64,000 nucleotides of DNA from the NCBI GenBank assembly GCA_044229975.1, contig JBGARZ010000010.1, positions 224,001 to 288,000 of the forward strand. The letters are read 5' to 3'. The translations under genes were made by a program, and so were the position numbers. Below are positions 27,982 to 36,221 of the stretch, one piece after another. The notes beneath the pieces were generated by a model. That model did not search any database and was not told the origin of the DNA. It saw nothing but the letters and a program-made list of their open reading frames with translations. The stretch is from Polyangiales bacterium (GTDB lineage: Bacteria > Myxococcota_A > Polyangia > Polyangiales > Ga0077539). The first letter of the stretch is position 1; every line of letters begins with the position of its first letter.

Positions 27982-29031
27982 ATGCGTCCGCTCCGCTCGC
28001 GCCATCGACGCCCGACGCGCGCCCGCGCCGCCCTCACCCTCGCGCCCGACTGGCAGGTCTGGATCGCCGACAACCTCCTCCGCCAGGCGCCCCGCGATGA
28101 GCTCACCGCCGCGCTCGCTGCGCAGGGCCTCACCCCCGCCGCCATCGCCGCCGCCATCGCCGCCGTCGAGTCGTCGCCCGCCTTCGTCGCCGCGCAGCGC
28201 CACGCCCGCCACCACCGCCGCGCCGAGCTCGTCGCCCACCTGCACCGCAGCCTCGCGGCCACCAGCACCGCACCCCGCGCCATCGAGCGCCGCGCCCACC
28301 TCACGCCCGCCGAGTTCTTCGAGCGCTACTACGCCACCAACAACCCGGTGGTGCTCACCGACGTCGTGACGGCGTGGCCCGCCTTCGGCCGCTGGACGCC
28401 CGCCTTCCTCAAAGAGCGCTTCGGCCACGTCGAGGTCATGGCCGCCGTCGGCCGCGACTCCGACCCCGACTACGACCTCCACACGCCGACCCTCAGCCAG
28501 CCCACGTCCCTCGGCGACTTCGTCGACCGCGTGCTCGCCGTCGGTGAATCCAACGACCTCTACCTCGTCGCCAACAACCGCAACTCCGACCGCGACGGAC
28601 TGCAACCGCTCTTCGACGACGTCACCTTCGCGCCCGGCTGGCTCGACGATGCCCGGCGCCGCGGCTCCACGGCCCTGTGGTTCGGCCCCGGCGGAACGGT
28701 CACCCCGCTCCACCACGACACCTCCAACATCCTCTTCGGCAACCTCTACGGAACCAAGCGCTTCACCCTCATCGCCCCGTGGGAGACCGCCCTCCTCGAC
28801 TGCACCCGCGGCGTCTACTCCCTCGTCGACCCCGAGCGCCCCGACCTCCAACGCTTCCCCCGCTACGCCGACGTCGTCACGCGCGAGGTCACGCTCCAGC
28901 CCGGCGAGATGCTCTTCCTCCCCGTCGGCTGGTGGCACCACGTCCGCGCCCTCTCGGTGAGCATCAACCTCGCGTTCACCAACCTCGCGCGACCCAACGC
29001 CTTCGACTGGTATCGCCCCGGCGAGCAGTGA
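27982..29031 (+). CDS. JmjC/cupin-like 2-oxoglutarate Fe(II) oxygenase (FIH/JMJD5/TYW5-like)
   Basis: FFERY....PVVLTD....WPA..RW; LWFGP.GT.TPLHHD (HxD); G.KRF.L (2OG Lys); L.PGEMLFLP.GWWH.V (distal His). Starts 8 bp after the repeat lipoprotein. Confidence 0.92.
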   Translation: MRPLRSRHRRPTRARAALTLAPDWQVWIADNLLRQAPRDELTAALAAQGLTPAAIAAAIAAVESSPAFVAAQRHARHHRRAELVAHLHRSLAATSTAPRAIERRAHLTPAEFFERYYATNNPVVLTDVVTAWPAFGRWTPAFLKERFGHVEVMAAVGRDSDPDYDLHTPTLSQPTSLGDFVDRVLAVGESNDLYLVANNRNSDRDGLQPLFDDVTFAPGWLDDARRRGSTALWFGPGGTVTPLHHDTSNILFGNLYGTKRFTLIAPWETALLDCTRGVYSLVDPERPDLQRFPRYADVVTREVTLQPGEMLFLPVGWWHHVRALSVSINLAFTNLARPNAFDWYRPGEQ

Positions 29032-29201
29032 CGGCGAACGGTCCTCCGACGCTGCTGAATGGTCGCGGGCCCGCGAACCCTTCACCGATACACGGCGGTC
29101 CGCAGCGGCGGTCAGGGAGGGCACTTCGCCGCACCACGATGGCGCTGTGCTTCGCGCGCCGACGGTGCATCCTCCGCGCTCACCAAGGACGGAGGTCTCC
29201 G

Positions 29202-30365
29202 ATGAAGCGATGCGTACGTGGGTCTGCCGTAGCCGTGGCGATGCTGGTCGCCGGGTGCGGCGCGCGCACGGGGCTCAACGTCCCCGACGTGACCTTCCCC
29301 GACGACGCGGCCTTCGACGTGAGCGACGTGACGGACGTCGCCGACGTGCGCGACGTGCTGCGGCCGCCCACCTGCGCAACCGGTCGCTTCACGCTCACGC
29401 AGCGCGGCGCCGACATGATGCTCGTGATCGATCGCTCGGGCTCCATGGGGCAGCGCCTCGGCAACCTGCGTGTGGGGCCGTCCAAGTGGGTGCTGCTCCG
29501 CGCCGCGCTCGCCACCACGCTGCCGATGTTTCAAGACCGCATCGGGACGGGCGCGCTCTTCTACCCGCAGGAGGGCGCCGAGAGCCGCGTGTCGACCTGC
29601 GCGCTGCCCAACATCCCGAGCGTCGACATCAGCCCCGCGGCCAACACGGCCTCGCGCGTGCTCGACGTGTTCGACACCGAGCCCGGCGGCAGCACCCCTA
29701 CTGCGGCGGCGCTGCTGCGCGCGTATACGTGGTTCGTGCGCAACCCCAACCGCGCCCGCGCCCGCTACCTCGTGCTGGCCACCGACGGCGGGCCCAACTG
29801 CAACGCCGACCTCGACCCCTCGCGCTGCGTCTGCGTCGGCGCCGGCGGCATCGGCGGCGGCCGGAGCTGCGCCCGCGACGCCGACGGCCTGCGCTGCCTC
29901 GACGACACGCGCACCGTGTCCAGCATCGCGCAGATGGTCGCCAACCCCGTGGCGTCGATTCCCACCTTCGTCATCGGGCTCGCCGACGAGACCGACCCCA
30001 CCTACGCCGCCACGCTCACCGCCATGGCCGTCGCGGGCGGTCGCCCCTTCCGCGACGCCACGGGGCGCGCCACCTACTACAACGTCGAGCGCGCCGAAGA
30101 CCTCACGCGGGCCTTTACGACCATTCAAGACACCGTGTCGCGCTGCGCCTTCGTGACCCCATCACGCCCCGGAGACACCGGGTCCATCGCGCTGAGCGCG
30201 GGCGGCGTGACGGTTCGTCCCGACCCGACGCGCGTCAACGGCTGGGACTGGACCGACCGCGCCTTCGGCGAGATCACCCTCTTCGGCGCGGCGTGCGAGC
30301 AGGTCATCGCGCAGCGCACGACCGAGGTGGTGGCCACGGTGGTCTGCGAGGCCGACGGTGGTTGA
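29202..30365 (+). CDS. vWA-domain Cys-containing lipoprotein (CglB-like)
   Basis: GGAGG RBS; lipobox VAGC; MIDAS DRSGSM, GSTPT and LVLATDGGPNC; C-terminal NGW.W......I.L.G.AC. Confidence 0.85.
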   Translation: MKRCVRGSAVAVAMLVAGCGARTGLNVPDVTFPDDAAFDVSDVTDVADVRDVLRPPTCATGRFTLTQRGADMMLVIDRSGSMGQRLGNLRVGPSKWVLLRAALATTLPMFQDRIGTGALFYPQEGAESRVSTCALPNIPSVDISPAANTASRVLDVFDTEPGGSTPTAAALLRAYTWFVRNPNRARARYLVLATDGGPNCNADLDPSRCVCVGAGGIGGGRSCARDADGLRCLDDTRTVSSIAQMVANPVASIPTFVIGLADETDPTYAATLTAMAVAGGRPFRDATGRATYYNVERAEDLTRAFTTIQDTVSRCAFVTPSRPGDTGSIALSAGGVTVRPDPTRVNGWDWTDRAFGEITLFGAACEQVIAQRTTEVVATVVCEADGG

Positions 30366-30873
30366 TCGTCGCGCCTGGTGGTTCGCCGCGACGGTGGCGC
30401 TGCTGTCCATGGACTGCGCGCCGGGAGAGACCTGCGCGCCGGGTCAGTCGCGCTCGTGCTCGCGCACCATCGACGGTGGCGTCACGCAGTCGGGCTTCGA
30501 GTCGTGCGAGGCCAACGGCCGATGGAGCGCGTGCGTCTCCGTGGGCGGGTGTAGCTCCGCGGCGGGCGCGCTGCCCATCTACTCGCGCTGCGAGGAGACC
30601 GCGCAGTGCGGCCCCGAGGGGTGCGCGACGTGCACCAACTACGTGGGCGTCAACAACCCGGGCGGATACAGCGTGTGCTTCGTGTACTGCCAGAACGACG
30701 CTGACTGCGCGCCCACGACGGCGAGCAGCGGGGTGGCGCCGCGGTGCCTGCTGGGCCAGTGCGCGCTGCTGTGTCGCAACGGGTCGACGTGCCCACGCGA
30801 CTCGCAGTGCCTCGCGTGGGCCAACGACACGCTGGCCGCGGCGTATCCGGGCTACGACGGGCTCTGCGAGTAG
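30358..30873 (+). CDS. Small Cys-rich exported protein
   Basis: Signal-like N-terminus and many spaced Cys; overlaps the vWA gene stop. Confidence 0.75.
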   Translation: MVDRRAWWFAATVALLSMDCAPGETCAPGQSRSCSRTIDGGVTQSGFESCEANGRWSACVSVGGCSSAAGALPIYSRCEETAQCGPEGCATCTNYVGVNNPGGYSVCFVYCQNDADCAPTTASSGVAPRCLLGQCALLCRNGSTCPRDSQCLAWANDTLAAAYPGYDGLCE

Positions 30874-30875
30874 GC

Positions 30876-31778
30876 TCACGCGCCCGTTGCAGCGGGTGCC
30901 AGCACGCGCAGGCTGCCCGGCAGGCTTCGCACGACGATGGGGGCGTCGAGCGCGTCTTCGCCGTCGACCATCACGCGGCGGGGCTCTGTCGTCTCGATGC
31001 GAACCTCGCCGGTCTGGAAGTGTTCGATGTTGTCGCGGTCGGCGTCGCGGCGTAGGAGCGAGCTCGCGGCGAGGTGGGCTGCCGTCGCGACGGCGTCGAG
31101 CAGGCCGCGCGTGGCGACCACGGTGACGCTCAGGTGACCGTCGTCGGCCTCGATGGTGGCCGGGCCCTGGGCGAGCAGCGCGGTGGGGCGCGCGATGTTG
31201 GCCACCGTCACAGCGTTGGCCGTGGTGGTGATGCGCTGGCCGTCGGCCTCGATGGTGACCTCGAAGAGCTCGTTGCCGACCATGCGCTCGACGCCCTCCA
31301 ACACATAGGCGAGCAGCCCGAGCGCCTGCTTGCGCGCGGGGTCGACCTCGGTGATCGCCTCGGCGTGAACACCGAGCGTGGCCATGAGCAGCATCGGGCG
31401 GCCGTTGACCGTGGCGGTGTCGATGACCCGGAAGTGGCCCGCGGTGATGACCGCGCAGGCCGCGTCGACGTCGCGGGGAATGCCGAGGTGACCGGCGATG
31501 GAGTTGGCCGTCCCGCGCGGAAGGATGCCGAGCAGGGTGTCGGTCTTTCCGACGAGGGTGCCGCCGACGGCGGAGACGGTTCCGTCGCCGCCGGAGGCGA
31601 TGAGCAGCTTGGAGCCGGACGCGAGAGCACGGTGTGCGAGGGCGACGGGCGAGGCGTCGTCGGAGACCTCGAGCACTGCCAGATCGAACACGGCGGAGAG
31701 GAGTTCGCGCGCTCGCGCGAGGTCTTCGGCGCTCGCGCTGCCGCCGCCGGGACTATGGATCAAGGTCGCAAGGGCCAT
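30876..31778 (-). CDS. YegS/DAGK family lipid kinase
   Basis: SGGDGTV, LGILPRGTAN, DDGHL and VDGE motifs. Confidence 0.9.
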   Translation of the reverse strand: MALATLIHSPGGGSASAEDLARARELLSAVFDLAVLEVSDDASPVALAHRALASGSKLLIASGGDGTVSAVGGTLVGKTDTLLGILPRGTANSIAGHLGIPRDVDAACAVITAGHFRVIDTATVNGRPMLLMATLGVHAEAITEVDPARKQALGLLAYVLEGVERMVGNELFEVTIEADGQRITTTANAVTVANIARPTALLAQGPATIEADDGHLSVTVVATRGLLDAVATAAHLAASSLLRRDADRDNIEHFQTGEVRIETTEPRRVMVDGEDALDAPIVVRSLPGSLRVLAPAATGA

Positions 31779-31843
31779 GGGCGCATCGTCGCACGCCGAC
31801 GTGCCCGCGCGTCGCGCCATCCCGCGGTGTACCGTCCTCCTCC

Positions 31844-33157
31844 ATGGAACGCCCGAACACCCTCGTCGGCCTCTCCCTGGAACTCCTCCGTCGCCGCGGC
31901 TCCCTCCGCGCGGTGCGCCCGCTGCTCGTCGCGCTCGCGGCCCTCTCGGGCGTCGCGCTCGTCGCCCGCGCGCACCACCGCCCCGTCGCTCCGCCGCCCG
32001 TCGACGCCGCGCTCGCCGCGTGGCGCGCCGCTCCCTTCGCCGGCGAGGTGGCCTTCGTCGACGCGTCCATCGTCGCCACCCCCAACGGCTGGGTGCTCGC
32101 CTGGACCCGCTGGCCGCGGCGCGGATCACCCCAGGTGCAGGCCGCCGTTCTCGCGCGCGACGGCTCGCTGCGTGGCGCGCCGCGGACGCTCTCCGTCGGC
32201 CACACCTGGGCGCGGGGCCCGGTGCTCTCTCGTCAGGCCGACCGCATCGCCGTGAGCTGGACGGCGATGACCGAAGACGACGAGAGCTACGCGCGCCGAC
32301 CGTGGATCACGGTCATCGACAGCGACATCCGCGAGATCGTCGCACCGCGGGCGCTGGTCGCGAGCGACGAGCTCAGCTTCGGCGTGAGCATCGCCAGCGA
32401 CGGTCAGGGCTGGGGCGTGGCGTGGGACGCGTACAACGAGCGCGGGCGTGTGTTGAGCCTCGCGCGGGTGAACACCGACGGAACCCTGCGCGGCCCCGTC
32501 ACGCGGGTCGGCGACCCGAACGATGGGTTGCTGCCGTCGCTCGCGTGGTCGGGTGACGCGTGGTTCGTGGCGGAGCGCTGGGTCAACCACGAGCGGATTC
32601 GTAGTGGTCTCCTGCTGCGCTGGTTCGACCGCGGCGGAAGTCTGGTCGACACGCAGCGGGTCGCCTCGTCGCTGGGCGAGGGTGGCAGCGTGCAGGTCTT
32701 CGCGCGAGGCGCGACGTCGTGGCTCTCGTGGGGCGACGACGGGGCCTTCAGCGCGCGACACGACCCACGCTTCGCCCGCGTCGAGGGGCGTCGCGTGGTG
32801 GCGGGTCCGCGCGTGTTGGGTCCGCGTCGCAGCGGGAGCGTGGCGTCGGTCGCGTGCACCGGCGCGTCGTCGTGCGTGAGTGTGTGGGTGGGCGTCGCCG
32901 ACGATCGCGACGAGCCGACGGCGTTGCAGGTGCAGGCGCTCGACGGCGATGGGGCGGCGCGCGGCCCGGTGCGGCGCATCGGTCCGCCGGCGCCGGTGGC
33001 TCGGATCGGAGAGACGGGCCTCGCGTACTCGGTGGACGAGCGCGACGCGATGGCAGTGTGGACGCTCGGCGAGCGCGACGGCTACCGGCTCATGCGGGTG
33101 CGCCTCGACGCCAACGGGGCGCCGATGGGAGAGCCCGCGGTGTTGCCGCTGCCTTGA
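31844..33157 (+). CDS. Hypothetical exported beta-repeat protein
   Basis: N-terminal TM; repeated (I/L)A.....W.VAW.......R...DG strands suggest a beta-propeller. Confidence 0.65.
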   Translation: MERPNTLVGLSLELLRRRGSLRAVRPLLVALAALSGVALVARAHHRPVAPPPVDAALAAWRAAPFAGEVAFVDASIVATPNGWVLAWTRWPRRGSPQVQAAVLARDGSLRGAPRTLSVGHTWARGPVLSRQADRIAVSWTAMTEDDESYARRPWITVIDSDIREIVAPRALVASDELSFGVSIASDGQGWGVAWDAYNERGRVLSLARVNTDGTLRGPVTRVGDPNDGLLPSLAWSGDAWFVAERWVNHERIRSGLLLRWFDRGGSLVDTQRVASSLGEGGSVQVFARGATSWLSWGDDGAFSARHDPRFARVEGRRVVAGPRVLGPRRSGSVASVACTGASSCVSVWVGVADDRDEPTALQVQALDGDGAARGPVRRIGPPAPVARIGETGLAYSVDERDAMAVWTLGERDGYRLMRVRLDANGAPMGEPAVLPLP

Positions 33158-34471
33158 TCAATGCGCGGGCGCGTCGGCCTTCTTCCCGACCTCGCCCGCG
33201 CGCAGCAGCGCCGCGCGCAGCGCCACCGGGCCGACGATCTGGTTCACCGTCACCACCGCCAGGATGAGCGCCCGCGCCCCGGCGCCCCACGTCGGGAAGC
33301 CCCGCGCGAGCAGCTCGGCGAGGCCCACCGACACACCCGCCTGCGGCAACAACATGAACGGCACCCATCGCCGCACCGCCGGCTCCGCCCCGGACAATCG
33401 CGCGCCCAGCAGGGCGCCCGCCGACAGCGTCAACCCGCGCGCCACCACGAAGATCAGCGCGGCGACCCAGACCGTGCGCACCACCGCGAGGTCGAGCGAG
33501 GCGCCCGCCAGCGCGAAGAACACCGCGAAGATGGGCAGCGACGCGGGCGTCAGCGCGTGGGTGATCTCTTCACCGGAGACCTTGAGGACGTTCTGGAGGA
33601 TGAGGCCCGCGGCGAGGTTGATGAGCAGCGGGTCGAGGTGCAGCCGCGAGCCCACCTCCGCCGCCACCACGCACACCGCCAGGATGAACAACACCAGCCC
33701 CTGCCGCACGCGCCGCACCCACAGGCGTATCGCGACGGCCACGACGGCGCCCACCGCGATGGAGCCGAAGATCTCGACGGCGAGCCGCACCGACGCGGGC
33801 ATGCCGTGCCCGCCCGACGCCCCGAAGGACTGCTGCGCTACGCTCAGCGACACGCCGAAGAGCACGATGATGGCGATGTCGGCGAGCACCACGACGCCGA
33901 GGCCCGTCTCGCTCACCGGTCCGTCGGCGCGGCTCTCGGAGAGCAGCGCCAGCACCACTGACGGCGAGAGCGACGCGAGCAGCACCCCCAGGTTGAGCGC
34001 CACCGCCCAGCGCTGCGCGCTCCCGAGGCCGCGCATGAACGGCAGCAGCGGGGCGAGCGCCGTCGCGAGCGCGGTGATGACGCCGAGGCACAGCGCCAGC
34101 GAGATGCCCGAGACGAGCAGCACCGAGCGCAGCCGTGGGCGCAGGTGGCGCAGGTCGAGCTCGCAGCCCGCGGTGAGCGCGATGAGTCCGACGGCGACGG
34201 AGCTCACCAGCTTGAGCCCGGCGATCATCGGCGGGGTCACGAGGTTGGCCGAGGCCGGGCCGCACGCGAGGCCGCACAAGAGGTAGCCCGTGAGGCGCGG
34301 GAGGCGGATCGAGGCCGCGATCTCGCCGCTCTGCACCGCGGCGAGCACGAGGAAGCCGAACGCGAGCGCGGTGCCGGCGTCGGTGGTGGCAACGCCCCCG
34401 GGGCCGAGGAAGCTGCGCGCCGAACTCATCAACGCGACGATCACGATGAGCAACAGCAGCGAGCGGATCAC
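33158..34471 (-). CDS. Cation:proton antiporter (CPA2-like)
   Basis: LP.LTGYL..G...GP, SPSVV.A, VV.AD and PQAGV.VGL motifs; many TM helices. Confidence 0.88.
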   Translation of the reverse strand: MIRSLLLLIVIVALMSSARSFLGPGGVATTDAGTALAFGFLVLAAVQSGEIAASIRLPRLTGYLLCGLACGPASANLVTPPMIAGLKLVSSVAVGLIALTAGCELDLRHLRPRLRSVLLVSGISLALCLGVITALATALAPLLPFMRGLGSAQRWAVALNLGVLLASLSPSVVLALLSESRADGPVSETGLGVVVLADIAIIVLFGVSLSVAQQSFGASGGHGMPASVRLAVEIFGSIAVGAVVAVAIRLWVRRVRQGLVLFILAVCVVAAEVGSRLHLDPLLINLAAGLILQNVLKVSGEEITHALTPASLPIFAVFFALAGASLDLAVVRTVWVAALIFVVARGLTLSAGALLGARLSGAEPAVRRWVPFMLLPQAGVSVGLAELLARGFPTWGAGARALILAVVTVNQIVGPVALRAALLRAGEVGKKADAPAH

Positions 34472-36162
34472 GGGGCCTTCCCTTCGCCGGGCGGGATGCT
34501 GGTGGAGGTGTCGGGGCGCTCGTCGTCGGGGTCGTCGTGGTCGATGGAGAGCGCGCCGACGGAGCCCGGCGGGTGCGCCGCGCCGCGGCCCGCGAGCGAG
34601 TAGGCGGCCACGCGAAACACCAGCTCCGACAAGAGAGCGCCGCCGATGACGACGGTCTCCAGGGTTCCGCGGAGGAGCTCGGGGTAGCTCTGCCGCGCGC
34701 TCACCACGACGGCGATGGACACCGCGCTCGACGGGACGAACGCGAGCCAGGTGGTGGCCGCGGAGCCGAGGCGCACGCCGTCGGGCGCGTCACCGATGAG
34801 CGCGGCGCGGGCGGCGCGCACGCCGAGGAGCTTCCCGAGGAGGCGGGCGACGACGTAGAGCGGGAGCATGATCCAGCCGCGGCGATCGTCGGGCGACCAG
34901 AGGGCGCCGACGACGACGAAGAAGGCCATGTAGATGGGGCGTTCGAGGGCGCGGAAGCGGGGGCGCGAGAGCCACGAGTTGGCGGCCGCGGCGCCGGGCA
35001 TGTTGGCGGCGGTCATGCCGGAGACGAAGCACACGGCGAGGGGCGAGAGGCCGACGTAGCCCGACATGCCCGCGGCGAAGGCGAGGGCGCCGAGGGTCAT
35101 GGCGACGTCCTCGGTGGCGTTGCGGGCGTTGCGCACCGCGACCCAGACGAGCAGCCCCAGCGCGACGCCGAGCCCCACCTGCAAGAACACCCACCCGAGC
35201 GGCGGCAGGTGCCACGCGCCGGGGTCGACGGGCCGGAAGGCGGCGGTGACGAGGGCGAGGGCGAGCAGGGCCATCACGTCGTCGAGCGAGGCGACGCGAC
35301 GGAGCTGACGCGAGGACGCAGCGTCGATGAGGCCGAGCAGTCCGAGCAGGCGGGCGCCGGTGGGCGCGCTCACGGCGGCGCAGGCGCCGATGATGACGGC
35401 GTTGCGGACGACGCGGGCGGCGGCGTCGGGGGCGTGCGGGCTGAGCAGCGTGAGCACGGCGGCGGAGAGGACGCCGACGACGAGCATGGTGCACGCGCTC
35501 TCGATGGCCATGGCGCGCAGGGTGTTGCGGGGCCAGCGTTCGACGTGGCGGAGGTCGAAGTCGGTGCCGACGCGGAAGCCGATCCAGCCGAGGCCAAACT
35601 CCAAGAGCGGGCGCAGGTCGTGGAGCACCGCCGGGGTGAGGATGCCCACCTCGGGACGACGCGCGACGAGGCCGAGCACGAGGAAGGGCAGCCCGCTGCC
35701 AGTGACCATGGCGAGTCCCGAGCGCTTCTCCCAGGCGCGCACCGAGGGATGTCCACCGAGGAGGGCGAGCCCGAGGAGCAGCATGAGCCCGACGGTGACG
35801 CGCGCGATGGCCCCGGCCGACGGCGGCGGTGGGACCGGCGGCGGCGCCGCGATGGTTGGCGAAGCGGGCGGGGGTTCGGAAGGGACTTCGACCGCGACGC
35901 TGGCGTCGACCGCGAGCACATCGACGACGACCGCGGCATCGACGGCGACCGCGGCATCGACGACGACCGCGGCATTGACGGCGACCGCGGCATCGACGGC
36001 GATGGGCACGTCGACGGTGGATGCGGCATCGACGGCGATGGGCACGTCGACGGTGGATGCGGCGTCGGGCACCTGCGCGGCGGCGGGTGCGGCGCAGAGG
36101 GCGGCCACGAGCGCCGCGAGGAGCGCGATTCCGGCGCGTGGGTGTGTCGACCGCGCGGCCAT
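34468..36162 (-). CDS. Second cation:proton antiporter-like protein with exported low-complexity N-terminal extension
   Basis: LGWIGF.VG, A.LDD, LE.P.Y..F.VVVGA and R..GK motifs; signal peptide plus (VDAA)n linker; GTGA coupling to the downstream antiporter. Confidence 0.8.
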   Translation of the reverse strand: MAARSTHPRAGIALLAALVAALCAAPAAAQVPDAASTVDVPIAVDAASTVDVPIAVDAAVAVNAAVVVDAAVAVDAAVVVDVLAVDASVAVEVPSEPPPASPTIAAPPPVPPPPSAGAIARVTVGLMLLLGLALLGGHPSVRAWEKRSGLAMVTGSGLPFLVLGLVARRPEVGILTPAVLHDLRPLLEFGLGWIGFRVGTDFDLRHVERWPRNTLRAMAIESACTMLVVGVLSAAVLTLLSPHAPDAAARVVRNAVIIGACAAVSAPTGARLLGLLGLIDAASSRQLRRVASLDDVMALLALALVTAAFRPVDPGAWHLPPLGWVFLQVGLGVALGLLVWVAVRNARNATEDVAMTLGALAFAAGMSGYVGLSPLAVCFVSGMTAANMPGAAAANSWLSRPRFRALERPIYMAFFVVVGALWSPDDRRGWIMLPLYVVARLLGKLLGVRAARAALIGDAPDGVRLGSAATTWLAFVPSSAVSIAVVVSARQSYPELLRGTLETVVIGGALLSELVFRVAAYSLAGRGAAHPPGSVGALSIDHDDPDDERPDTSTSIPPGEGKAP

Positions 36163-36221
36163 GCCACGCCCCTCGTAGACCACTCGCGGACCAGGCGTCT
36201 ACCGCGACGTGCTCCGCGGGG

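Noticed and set aside
29062..29077. 14-bp perfect palindrome TCGCGGGCCCGCGA after the JmjC gene
   Set aside because: Short GC-rich palindromes are expected by chance here; no U-tract or second copy seen.
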